Shown: positions 12,001 to 17,862 of the stretch, piece by piece
How the letters are laid out: each line of letters begins with the position of its first letter
Numbering within the stretch: position 1 is the stretch's first letter
NCBI GenBank assembly: GCA_047639395.1
Contig: JBLINR010000003.1
Span: forward strand, 1-36,503
Length of the DNA: 36,503 nucleotides
Reading direction: 5' to 3'
DNA from: Candidatus Woesearchaeota archaeon
GTDB taxonomy: Archaea > Nanobdellota > Nanobdellia > Woesearchaeales > DATGWN01
Notes under the pieces: generated by a model
What the model saw: the letters and a program-made list of their open reading frames with translations, nothing else
The model's database searches: none
What the model was told of the DNA's origin: nothing
Program-made: the position numbers and the translations under genes

Positions 12001-13811
12001 TATTACCATCAGGGACAGTTCGTATGCAAGTTGATATTGAATACGGGCATGCGGAACAATCAAATGCGACAATCAGATATGACATCATTACAGATGGTGA
12101 AAATCTCGTATATAGTGATAGTGAGTCGTTTATTTTAAGTGAATCATTAACGAAATCGTTCGCCTTTGAACTTGATGAACAATTTTCAACTGGATTATAT
12201 AACTTTTTGACAACACTATCTTACGTTGATCCGAATGGCCAGTATGTTGAACTTAAATCAAGCAATCCTATTACTATTACTGAGAATATTTTGTATAAGG
12301 AGTTATTTACAGTATTTGGATATGCATTCAGAGTACTTGATTTGATTTACATTATTATACTAAGTTGTTTGATTACATACGGACTCATGTATTTACGAAC
12401 ATACATAGAAAACAAAAAAAGGTATCACTTACCAGTTTCCTTTAATTTATTACCTTCACCAGGACCAAGTTCAGGGTACTTAGGATATTTAGCAGAAACA
12501 AATATTCGGTCTTTTGTTGAATTAGAACAAATGAAGACACATACATTAGTTGCTGGTTCAACTGGTGGCGGAAAATCATTTGCAGCGCAAGTTATTGTTG
12601 AAGAAGCTTTGAAGAAAAATGTTTCTGTTGTTGTCTTTGATCCAACTGCGCAGTGGACTGGGTTCTTACGTAAAAATCAATCCCAAGCATTACTTAAATT
12701 ATTCAAGAAATATGGTATGGATCCAAAAACAGATCCAACTGGATTCAAAGGAAATATTCGTAGAGTTGAAAACCCACTTGAAATTATTAAACTAGAAGAA
12801 TACTTGAAGCCTGGAGAAATTACTGTGTTTGATTTACATAAATTATCTTTCGAACAGATTGATTTATTTGTTGCAAATACTGTTAGTCAAGTATTCATGA
12901 GTGAATTAGATGAATCATCTGACTTAAAATTACTAATGGTATACGATGAAGTACATAGACTCTTACCTAAATTTGGTGGTTCTGGTGCAGGGTTTATGCA
13001 GATCGAACGTGGTTGCCGAGAGTTCCGTAAATGGGGTATTGGACTACTTTTAATCTCACAAGTATTAAGCGATTTCATTGGGAAAATCAAAGCAAACATC
13101 AATACGGAGATTCAAATGAGAACGCGTGATGATGAGGACTTAAAGCGTCTTAGCATGAAGTATGGTGAAGACTTACTACATGCGGTTGTTAAAGCAGAAG
13201 TCGGTACTGGTATGATTCAAAACAGTAAATACAATAAAGGACGTCCTTACTTAGTTTCCTTTAAACCTGTTATGCACGCGCCTGAGAGGTTAGGGGAAAA
13301 AGAGTTAGATGAATATTTCGTTTATAATAAAAAACTGCTTAACTTATACGACAGTGTTAAACAACTAGAAGTGTTCAAAGTTGACGTGATGGATCTGCGT
13401 ATTGAGTTAGACTTAGCGTATGACAAGTTAAAAGAAGCAAAATTTGATGTTGTTGAAATATACTTAGATGGTGTTAGTCGAACTATTGAGAAAAAATGGA
13501 GTAAATTAAAGAAAAAACCAAAAACTAGGACAGTTGAGTTATTAGATAAGAAAACAGTAAACAAATTCATTGAACTTGCAAAACGCCAACATTATGAAGG
13601 CGCAAAAGAAACTAAAAAAGAAGAAATGCATATGCCTGTTATTGATGTTGAGTCACCACGGAAGAAGGAGAAAGAAACACCTGTACTGGGTATACGAGAA
13701 ACAGCTAAAGAAAAAGAACCAACTACAAAAGAACAGAAGAAAAAGTCTATGAGTGCAAAACAATCAAAATCAAATAAATTCAAAAAATTACGAAAATTAC
13801 TTGATGAATAA
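3..13811 (+). CDS. Giant surface protein, 5'-truncated (>4,600 aa): beta-helix (pectin lyase-like/NosD/CASH) repeats, Ig-like domains, single TM, C-terminal HerA/FtsK/VirB4-like (DUF87-type) P-loop ATPase
   Basis: The frame is open from nt 3 (TIAANGVSLNGAGY), which matches the internal module start CFTIQADGITLNGGGY, so GTG at 21 is not the true start. The N/T/S/I-rich part has 'I.NN.I' beta-helix repeats. A hydrophobic segment lies at ~12333-12395, followed by Walker A GSTGGGKS (12555-12578), VVVFDP, Walker B LLMVYDEVH (DEVH 12945-12956) and the HerA/FtsK-clade motifs REFRKWG and LISQ. Confidence 0.92.
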   Translation, partial: TIAANGVSLNGAGYQITYATGGTGYGLDNSGGYDNVVIRNVSIIESGTTTANNYGIYFSGVDDSIITNSSVTTKSRGPSVLLSSSSDRNNITSVYAGNAFERSAHCVSITGGQKNRISKLNCTQANSYSKYGVYITDSYNNVTQSSIKACAGCSAIIVQGFPISIVIDGVNSSGSGNMLWLSQVTDVVVNNSIFGTSGGNSAGLELNSLQDILIQNSYFFSTNNYGAISVAGTNVEFRNVTVDGGSVYGILSQTSISSSNVSFYNVTVKNGSQYGLSLGASASHENWHFYNTTILGTTVGARIRAPVENVSFVGGRISGSTAIQIDGPTGGIFVSNVSIEGPISYVSGSATLYEEYFLDIEIRNTTTVQQDANVTIYNSSSGLVYSGQTDSNGRIVVQNLTHRIINATSTYYSSPYRVNTTHLQWLLSDNISVNMSTNQFKTLNVSNTLTDCRILDRTGGDYVLANDVYSQGTCFTIQADGITLNGGGYTVNYSSTGLGGAGVLSDGYSNITIMNMILTAGNESSFTQNGMNLSNGDNLTVQNVTFTISGGSYGILLTNTDDSVVTNVSMYDNTVNESITGIYLYTSVQRVNITKSYFNISSTGTSYGIYFYQPDSVLIENNTIIVHNSSSSGVLGTQNRINNVIRYNNISAITDSGFDAVGLLFSSADGYTAYGNTFTGDRAITTSDAGLLAATIIYNNTITTNLGILFNGVSSFNSLYHSNKITVLDNTSPFITGTTGGGANHTFYNNTFYGTSIWVSDTSSEGNHYNTTINGRPYGNTWPNITLYEVSDNNYNDGIGDGGYHWPVSNATMGVSMWAGPGADYGPLTTTGFSCGNLTQANKIYNLTQNLSAPTGCFKFFADNITLDGKGYTVNFSIYPDNASVAIYTYGYDNLAIKNINLFGAYPESIYGDSGIDIISSSNVTVSNVSIKLFTRDYHGVYVASGASDIYIYNNTFYMWNPGDNYRPKAFNSYNASSVHFYNNFINISEGREAQAIYMRDISTSYFHNNTVHMDAYNGIALYDGLGGNSNLLIANNTITAYSGGTAMEFLRATSVNITILNNTIYSEKNGVSLLGASNITIKGNTITAPTTINLDYGTVYFNAPGNSTFVDNILNASVLHINVSDYRVHNITFYGNELVGAGMWVNNSNGTNNFNKTVDGVNTGNIYPNASSYQVYDHDLVGYATEGKDYPFNNATLQGLWEGPGADYGPATTRLGCGNYTAAGLYNITENLTHDYTCINVKANKVNVQCGGNKITFGQANNISAGISNNGYDAMNITGCRIAAYNMSTTVNAIVSLNNERVIISNVTLEIEQDTSVSTQVLLLSSSNNTLINKTRIVFSGVSSNGTGYNIEASNVNITNSNVSTPNNAQGLRIAGNDVIINKTNISISSIGSTQSVYVQSANNTIIQNSIIRGGDYSITHLGSDDLFIDTNNLTGAIRGGNGAGEYTRIINNRINTGSQTSVGSIYWQYNDGEHAQIIGNTIIEDIAGMGGISLRYSNGNVLWNFTIANNTINGNPIIFNKSITGGTVIKNPVAKYGQVICYSCNNTILQNLTITSGLEIYSSDRIQVNNISVNASADHAVEVYGVENSTFYNITARLDENGGIEYALSVDSSSRNNFSNISLIASGYQAYGLSTLLVDDSSFTNVDSTADLSTSGRAYNLAFTYDSNFTNAELSVLTLSHINILMNNVGNLTFENLTLNLWAFNGSGIDFNSNTKQVNITNVTIDTTGAGGTVFVLSSSADSGNITIKDTNLVLGGANEIALSSPGQTFRFVNTTTNTSLFSATTTANVEIYSYLDANFSNTSNQNVSGITLQILNQTNETYITYTLPSNSTMRNKYVLHQTLNGSQVVNYSDYRIQVDQPLFYLDDYVSVTDNVYRAFIVNKSIADVEYVYANKTVPNYNYLNTYVFTEDLNFSVYNGTIKDINITFVETQANDFLASYDRVDGCSDNILAETNCSLQVNISLNSGLGLSSLFAFTVNYTNPDGTNSSILLPYSINILEFANASSNITSITYNAELSDLNRTGIRVSNTGSTTTNLLTVNTTHDFFIIRDNNLLIDSTYTSLTPGGYFDMFADLRITNYTAANYSGNITVSSSKLNLTIPYTVNVTPQLTIADKSVSVQHNTTSALTFQYNNTGNVKQDTIAWSYVAGTLNSSFVEYKSSLTSEMNFTRSNNASVNVSIPTHYTSGTYSGTFVLTTDSGYTRNILLSVTVPTNRSWKTTPAREGIEHSISDSILTENSLPNITITNYGNVDINVTVTPLYTGYGDEPFTPVNRYTAVSGQATPFIVQITKNDTYTVEQEIKAFVVSETKTNMGLGFNLTIVNTTNAQNTSITSIFLINVTDSLPEVTGWRLGAYAATNEEAIELNKAYNFSASASDDSNNLNVTAAYFSITNSVNTTNYSYDAENNLRYTFQFTPTVGGQHNISLFVSENVTVGGKVGNGSIVFNVSSSPTSVIISATAVSTNQSNQTNDANVTVPFTMRVNGDVQIYDVNFSVESLFSPAWDSVNTTTSYITNNTNTDFNIIITVPNGTSTGDYTLQILAVYRLPNGTVTNQTGNFTLTVEKNHAFRFSTNQSIAQTDGSQGLYTVTITPRGNAQTNMTLEATGSTHTISFFRGGPGYTNPSSGHSLVTSSTTAVIMRITTTSGSNATETFNITATNSFGEQMVFPVTLSIPSDLSTSISTTNYTQNVVASTAYTKNIINITNDGNSQILVNFTLSGDVSNFAGSGGSGMTIVSSANITPSKVYSLNATYTMPPGTSTYEGNLTINVTGGDNYTVPLTVTSYTVTLSAFNFSNFGGVDVGETIAVNASFVVGGIFIGENVTFVPKVNGIACGSVSTSTFLISTDTNYLIACTAPSLTDGASYTFTLDATYTADHIGIISVNSSDTGTVVYNDVTAGAVSDFAINDTFFNVPSFMETNITDNIAITDSNSNSYTITLETTHVATSTRVSHVFARVLGQAGTFRKTSTFTQLGDHSYILRVLDPSSNRNSSYTGSFVVYEYKTFNSTLNFTNSSAQITAVDLNVTLSSTARSYNVTITNGTLNRTVTTGLYEMQLRGYTSNITFDNINLERLPTYEMFDYGQLRLDDAVVIAQSLFTGIAPNEVFNAVYTRLNDTPDFEIWYNYTSYAVTQENNLHAYACYNYTIDGEALDACQGGWFGLDRSYISTSKNIIILDSPKAITANETVAIIFLQFNIVGDPRVTFSQNSITDSLNHSETIQVPLTISSATVLGQGGTLTDISVGCYTGGSDASFCSTFTISNHTISSIVAGTSEQVTINLTAPSGTTPGTYSGTIRYASNAADQTPLARDIAVSLTVISDSTITFNNTADYTTTTGARSEVVIDTINFTNNGNALVTPTFTFSGVLLSNSSVNVTSSSNQSYDVQLLAPTQNGIYVYQLNVSEINKSFNYTLTVNQRLTLVNITTNTNVAAGDTLTTYFRVYDRISDSDIENTSSSVYFDNYTVTIDNITCVSSIGSVTISSSDPDSFTCTAPNMTRDLDTYNFELIIFRSNIETRDNYTVTYGDVLAPTVSGVTSTIEYQNVSNITFTLADRNSLATNITVSVINSTGTVVNSTLGFVSDNSTNSIIGGLYNTSSSSFVFRYNFSVGDDYTVTITFCDDGANCANLTTIVSHFRLTSFQSNYGTPSRGLGSSIISSQVRTTSSTSGQGGVVLSTPRQTNIFLKKPGTSRVLFQGTTGTSDSKFNFTRIQERKYDVQIVNSEFTLNLTNVTYNGSEIIAFEKLNVDSITNARLGFGFESTINYTGSLQYAVAKSGVRSTAYFVVCTSLDYTAPDSCDGTQTSETPIRRTSNATHYLFTLNITHFSSYTLIVPTATTTPTTSSGSSGSSSGGGGGASLGSISELLDEKVGNLSSVGLGIDEISVDTTNIDQTLFPSETAVVFIDLANTGNASRQINVTLTPELPELITLTPTQTEIKRGSSTALRVDIAIPEDAIPQTYDGFIQVKYSGGKLLTIPVKIRVVSKPGKLSTIDTRMLTPRLLPSGTVRMQVDIEYGHAEQSNATIRYDIITDGENLVYSDSESFILSESLTKSFAFELDEQFSTGLYNFLTTLSYVDPNGQYVELKSSNPITITENILYKELFTVFGYAFRVLDLIYIIILSCLITYGLMYLRTYIENKKRYHLPVSFNLLPSPGPSSGYLGYLAETNIRSFVELEQMKTHTLVAGSTGGGKSFAAQVIVEEALKKNVSVVVFDPTAQWTGFLRKNQSQALLKLFKKYGMDPKTDPTGFKGNIRRVENPLEIIKLEEYLKPGEITVFDLHKLSFEQIDLFVANTVSQVFMSELDESSDLKLLMVYDEVHRLLPKFGGSGAGFMQIERGCREFRKWGIGLLLISQVLSDFIGKIKANINTEIQMRTRDDEDLKRLSMKYGEDLLHAVVKAEVGTGMIQNSKYNKGRPYLVSFKPVMHAPERLGEKELDEYFVYNKKLLNLYDSVKQLEVFKVDVMDLRIELDLAYDKLKEAKFDVVEIYLDGVSRTIEKKWSKLKKKPKTRTVELLDKKTVNKFIELAKRQHYEGAKETKKEEMHMPVIDVESPRKKEKETPVLGIRETAKEKEPTTKEQKKKSMSAKQSKSNKFKKLRKLLDE
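12474..13300 (+). other. HerA/FtsK/VirB4-superfamily ATPase domain within the giant protein
   Basis: YLG...HTLVAGSTGGGKS...VVVFDPTAQW...YDEVHRLL...REFRKWGIGLLLISQ...NINTEIQMR is the canonical motif order of this family. Domain boundaries are approximate. Confidence 0.88.
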
Positions 13812-13819
13812 AATATATG

Positions 13820-13837
13820 ACAATAAAGCTTATAAAT
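13820..13837 (+). promoter_or_regulatory. Putative archaeal BRE/TATA promoter
   Basis: ACAATAAAG-C-TTATAAAT lies ~55 nt upstream of the GTG at 13891. Confidence 0.45.
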
Positions 13838-13890
13838 CAATATTGGCAAAAATATAAGTATATGTATATAATTAAAAAAGGGGAACAAAC

Positions 13891-15063
13891 GTGTTTGGAA
13901 GCAAATCAGAAGTAAAGAATACACATCACATTCATTATAAAAAAGAATTAGTTTCTGTTAAAGGGGACGTTTTTGCTATTAAAACACGGATTGAATTACT
14001 TGAAGCAAAACAAAAAGCGCAAGAAGAATTACGTAAAGTTTCTCATAGTAAATTTGATAGAGTAAGTGAAAGTATTGGTGAGCTTAAAGAGATGTTTAAA
14101 GATCTCTCTTCAGAAAAGCAAGAACTTGCAGTCGAACTAACTCGAACTAACGCGCTTGTAAAATCAGTACAGCCACAAGAACTTCTTAAGAAGATTACTT
14201 CAGTACACACATCAAATAATGTATTAGATGGTAAATTTGCGCTATTAGCCAAGCAGTACGGTGAGTTTAGAAAAGATTTTGATGTCTTTCGAAGAAAACT
14301 CAAAGTATTCAAAGGCGAAGATGAGTTGTTAAAACTTCAAGAACGAGTCCGTGAAGAGTTACATGATGTACGTAAAATTAACAATGTTGCAAGTCGGCAT
14401 GCATCAAAAATTGAGAATCATTTTGTTAAAATTAAAGAAAAAGTAAATCAGGCGGATCAACAGATCACAGAAACTCAAGATCTTCGTACAAGTTTAGTTG
14501 ACCTTAAAGGGCAACTTGAAGGCTTTGCTGAAAAATTAGAAGATTCAGGAGTCGCTGAACAACCAGATTCTGCCCAATTAGACGAATTAAATGAGACTGT
14601 TGATGAATTAACAGAACTTACTACAGAAACATTTGGTCAGTTGAAGAAGCGTCAAATGGAATTAGAAAAAAATGTGCATATGGATGAATTGGCTAAAATG
14701 CACAAATGGGTTAAATTTTTAGTGAAGCAATACCACGAAAAAGGTGTAGTCGCCTCAAAACCACCGCGATTAAAATCAAGATCAAAGCCGAAACAAGCAA
14801 AAGTAACCACATCTAGAAAAAAAGCAGTAAAAAGACCTACTAAAAAAGTAGTTAAAAAGGCACCTGTAAGAAAATCTGTTAAAAAACCTGGTAAGAGAGC
14901 AAGTAAAAAAGTCACTAAAAAGGCTACTAAAAAACCAAGTAAACTGGTAAAGAAAAAGGTTACGAAAAAAGTAGTTAAACGCGCTCCTATAAAGAAAGTA
15001 GCAAAAAAAGTAAAGAAAGCAGTATCTAAACAAAAGACTACTAAATCTAAGAAAAGACGTTAA
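13891..15063 (+). CDS. Coiled-coil protein with C-terminal Lys/Val/Ala/Pro-rich histone H1-like tail
   Basis: 390-aa ORF with a GTG start after a GGGG purine tract. The first ~280 aa are heptad-rich; the last ~100 aa are KKV/KKA/KKP-rich ([25 protein letters not shown]). Confidence 0.8.
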   Translation: MFGSKSEVKNTHHIHYKKELVSVKGDVFAIKTRIELLEAKQKAQEELRKVSHSKFDRVSESIGELKEMFKDLSSEKQELAVELTRTNALVKSVQPQELLKKITSVHTSNNVLDGKFALLAKQYGEFRKDFDVFRRKLKVFKGEDELLKLQERVREELHDVRKINNVASRHASKIENHFVKIKEKVNQADQQITETQDLRTSLVDLKGQLEGFAEKLEDSGVAEQPDSAQLDELNETVDELTELTTETFGQLKKRQMELEKNVHMDELAKMHKWVKFLVKQYHEKGVVASKPPRLKSRSKPKQAKVTTSRKKAVKRPTKKVVKKAPVRKSVKKPGKRASKKVTKKATKKPSKLVKKKVTKKVVKRAPIKKVAKKVKKAVSKQKTTKSKKRR

Positions 15064-15124
15064 GTTTGATGTTTTGTAGACGGGGAACGATACTTCGTTA
15101 CTTCTGGCCCTGGATAAAAATATA

Positions 15125-15141
15125 CGAAAGATTTATAAATA
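15125..15141 (+). promoter_or_regulatory. Archaeal BRE-TATA promoter of sepF
   Basis: CGAAAG-A-TTTATAAATA matches the archaeal BRE plus TATA consensus and lies ~35 nt before the ATG. Confidence 0.65.
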
Positions 15142-15176
15142 TCTAACTATCAAATACCACTATACGAGGGTTAGCT

Positions 15177-15572
15177 ATGAAGAAATTTTTATCACATCTC
15201 AAACGCAAATTAACTAGAGAACCGTCCGACGATGAACTCGTGGACATAGAAGAAGAATACGTTGAATTGGACTCAAATCCACGACGCGATGACGATCAAA
15301 AAGTTGTTGTGCGTCCGTTTGTTATTGATGACTTTTCAGATGTTAAGGACATTTTGGATAGTTTGAGAAATGGATACACAATCGCACTTGTGAACATTAA
15401 GCCGCTTAAAGATAAGGATATTATCGAATTAAAGCGAGCTATCAATAAGATCAAGAAAACTTGTGATGCTGTTAAAGGCGATATTGCAGGTTTCGGTGAC
15501 GATTACATTATTGTAGCACCAGAGTTTGCTTCGATTTATCGAGCAGGTTCTGATGATTCTGATCAAAGGTAA
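15177..15572 (+). CDS. sepF: Cell division protein SepF (archaeal, DUF552)
   Basis: Amphipathic N-terminus, EEEYVEL linker and core VRPFVIDDFSDVKDILDSLRNGYTIALVNIKPL...AINKIKKTCDAVKGDIAGFGDDYIIVAP, all typical of archaeal SepF. Confidence 0.9.
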   Translation: MKKFLSHLKRKLTREPSDDELVDIEEEYVELDSNPRRDDDQKVVVRPFVIDDFSDVKDILDSLRNGYTIALVNIKPLKDKDIIELKRAINKIKKTCDAVKGDIAGFGDDYIIVAPEFASIYRAGSDDSDQR

Positions 15573-15675
15573 GGGTCTAAAACAGATTTCTTATGGTTGT
15601 TGAGGGGGTTTTACCTTCTTTTAAAACCATATATTTAAATATAGGTGTGATCTAATACTATTTAGGGGAATTACT

Positions 15676-16242
15676 ATGATACCACAACAAGGAGCTAGAG
15701 AGGAATACGCAGTTGTACTTGACTTCTTGCCGCATGGATACCCTCTTGACAAAAGTGCTGGATATAAAAAAACACCTATTATTCAAGCAATTGGACAAGA
15801 AAACTTTGTTCTTTTAGAATTAGTACCAAAAAAAGATATTCATGTTAATTCTGGCGATCTAGTCTATATAGGATCTGGAAAACGTGATCATATTCATCAT
15901 ATTAATGGTAAACTTGCTTTAGCAAAATTAACAAACACAGCTAAAGGTGAGTTGGAATTTGTAGCAAAAAAACTTATTGCTGAAAGCCCGCAGAAATTTG
16001 TTGACTTTTTTAACAAGTCTCAACCTCTATCTATGCGTATGCATCAGCTTGAATTACTTCCTGGATTAGGGAAAAAGCACATGTGGGAAGTAGTTGAAGA
16101 ACGTCGTGCAAAACCCTTTGAGAGTTTTGTGGATATTAAAGCTCGGGTGAAACTTTTACCAAACCCTGAAAGTCTTGTCTTTCGAAGAATTATGAAAGAA
16201 CTTGAAGGCGATGAGAAACATCATTTGTTTGTCAAAGAGTAA
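15676..16242 (+). CDS. DUF655 family putative nucleic-acid-binding protein
   Basis: EEYAVVLDFLPHG...QAIG..FVLLEL...VYIGSGKRD...FVDFFNKSQPLSMRMHQLELLPGLGKKHMW...PFESF.DI..RV matches the archaeal DUF655 signature with an HhH motif. Confidence 0.9.
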   Translation: MIPQQGAREEYAVVLDFLPHGYPLDKSAGYKKTPIIQAIGQENFVLLELVPKKDIHVNSGDLVYIGSGKRDHIHHINGKLALAKLTNTAKGELEFVAKKLIAESPQKFVDFFNKSQPLSMRMHQLELLPGLGKKHMWEVVEERRAKPFESFVDIKARVKLLPNPESLVFRRIMKELEGDEKHHLFVKE

Positions 16243-16274
16243 TTATTTAAACAATACTGGTCCTATTTTCTCTT

Positions 16275-17069
16275 ATGAAGGGGTTTTTTGCATCTATACT
16301 TGCTATGTTTTTTGATAAAAAAGCACGTCGTATTTTTTTCTTATCGATTTGTACTATTATCTTGTTTATTTTGTTACAATCAGTTTATTTGTCACCCACA
16401 CAATATGTTCTAGAGACTGCAGCCTCTCAATTTCAACAAGTAACAACACGTGCTGTTGCTGATGGCGGATACGCAGCATCACAAGGTACAAGTTCTATGG
16501 TTGATGTTTTATTTGGTGATCCAATCATTCGAAATGCGATTTTTGATCTTATTATATTACATTTTCTTTATGCATTAGGGACTGGTGTGCTTTTTCTTAT
16601 CACAACGATATCAATTCGCCATACCTTTTTTTCAGATAGTACGCGGTCAGCTGTAGTTGGTGGAATAAAATGGTTTGTTCTTTTTCTTGTTTTTTGGATT
16701 TTTTTATTCTTATATTCATTACAGGCAGCAATTATAGACGAGACCATACTTAATAGAGAAACGAATATTGGTTTGATGTATATTGTATTCTTATCTATTT
16801 TTTCATATATATATATACTTGCAGTCACAAATAAATCGAAATTTTCACATGTTGGTGCTATGTTGAAAAAATCCTTACGTATTCACAAATATTGGAAAGG
16901 GATTCTTTTTATTATAGTTTTTTACATTGTCTGTAATTGGATTAGTTTTCTGTTGTGGTATCTTTCAACTGTTGTTGCAAGTATTTTTTCACTTCTAGTG
17001 TTCGCATTACTTTCTACCTTTGTATTTGTATACGCGTATACTAAACAAGGAGGCAGACATGAGAACTAA
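16275..17069 (+). CDS. Multi-pass membrane protein, function unknown
   Basis: 264-aa ORF with about six hydrophobic segments. Its end overlaps the start of the next gene. Confidence 0.75.
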   Translation: MKGFFASILAMFFDKKARRIFFLSICTIILFILLQSVYLSPTQYVLETAASQFQQVTTRAVADGGYAASQGTSSMVDVLFGDPIIRNAIFDLIILHFLYALGTGVLFLITTISIRHTFFSDSTRSAVVGGIKWFVLFLVFWIFLFLYSLQAAIIDETILNRETNIGLMYIVFLSIFSYIYILAVTNKSKFSHVGAMLKKSLRIHKYWKGILFIIVFYIVCNWISFLLWYLSTVVASIFSLLVFALLSTFVFVYAYTKQGGRHEN

Positions 17070-17721
17070 ACCGCTACTTATTACACTTTGTATTACTTAT
17101 AGTGTGATTTTCCTATTATTATTTTATTCGCATTTGTTTTTATTTACTTTTAGTCAAGGTATAGATACATCAATATCGTCACAAACAGTTACTACTATTA
17201 TAGGTTCGGTACAAGGTGAAATTGAAACGCAACGTGTGTTGGTGATTGAATTTACTGATTTCCAATGTGACTACTGTGCAAAAAACAAAGATGTTCTCTC
17301 GAAAGTATCTTCAAGTGATGTATTTGTAAAAAGAATGCACTTTCCTGTGACTGCAATCCATCAAAATGCATATGCTGCGGCACTCGCATACGAATGTGTT
17401 GATCTCTTTACTAAAGGTGCAGTCTCAAAACAAGCAGTTGATGCATTGTTCGCACGTCAAAGTGATTTATCTCAATCTGCGTTAAAGGAGTATGCAATTG
17501 ATTTTGGATTAAATCAAACAACTATTGAACAATGTTTTGCAAATGAAGAAATAAAACAAAAAGTTAATCGTGACTTAAATTTTGGTTTAGATTTAAAATT
17601 AATTGGTACACCAAGTTATCTTGTTATTCCAATACAACATCCATCACTTACAACAATTTTAACTGGTGCAACTGCAACAGATTTACAAAAAACAATTACT
17701 AATTTTTTACAAATTGAATAA
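17059..17721 (+). CDS. Membrane-anchored DsbA-family thiol-disulfide oxidoreductase
   Basis: The ATG at 17059 follows a GGAGG SD and is preferred over the ORF-track start at 17020. It has an N-terminal TM, EFTDFQCDYC (CxxC at 17266-17277), HFP...H, A..AA.A..C and the cis-Pro motif GTPSY. Confidence 0.88.
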   Translation: MRTKPLLITLCITYSVIFLLLFYSHLFLFTFSQGIDTSISSQTVTTIIGSVQGEIETQRVLVIEFTDFQCDYCAKNKDVLSKVSSSDVFVKRMHFPVTAIHQNAYAAALAYECVDLFTKGAVSKQAVDALFARQSDLSQSALKEYAIDFGLNQTTIEQCFANEEIKQKVNRDLNFGLDLKLIGTPSYLVIPIQHPSLTTILTGATATDLQKTITNFLQIE

Positions 17722-17791
17722 AAAAATTTATTTTTTATTTTTCTAAAAACTGTATATAACTTATTTTTTTTGTATAAAAAGTGCGTTTAAA

Positions 17792-17808
17792 GGAAAACAT
17801 TTATAAAG
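17792..17808 (+). promoter_or_regulatory. Putative BRE-TATA promoter of the Lys-rich small protein
   Basis: GGAAAACA-TTTATAAAG lies ~55 nt upstream of the ATG at 17863. Confidence 0.55.
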
Positions 17809-17862
17809 AATATTTCGCATATTTGAGTTTACATTATATGTTTTACAAAGGTAACAAAAAAA

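Noticed and set aside
12474-13300. Canonical DNA-repair HerA
   Set aside because: There is no HAS barrel, the domain is fused to a membrane anchor, and nurA, mre11 and rad50 are absent from the window.
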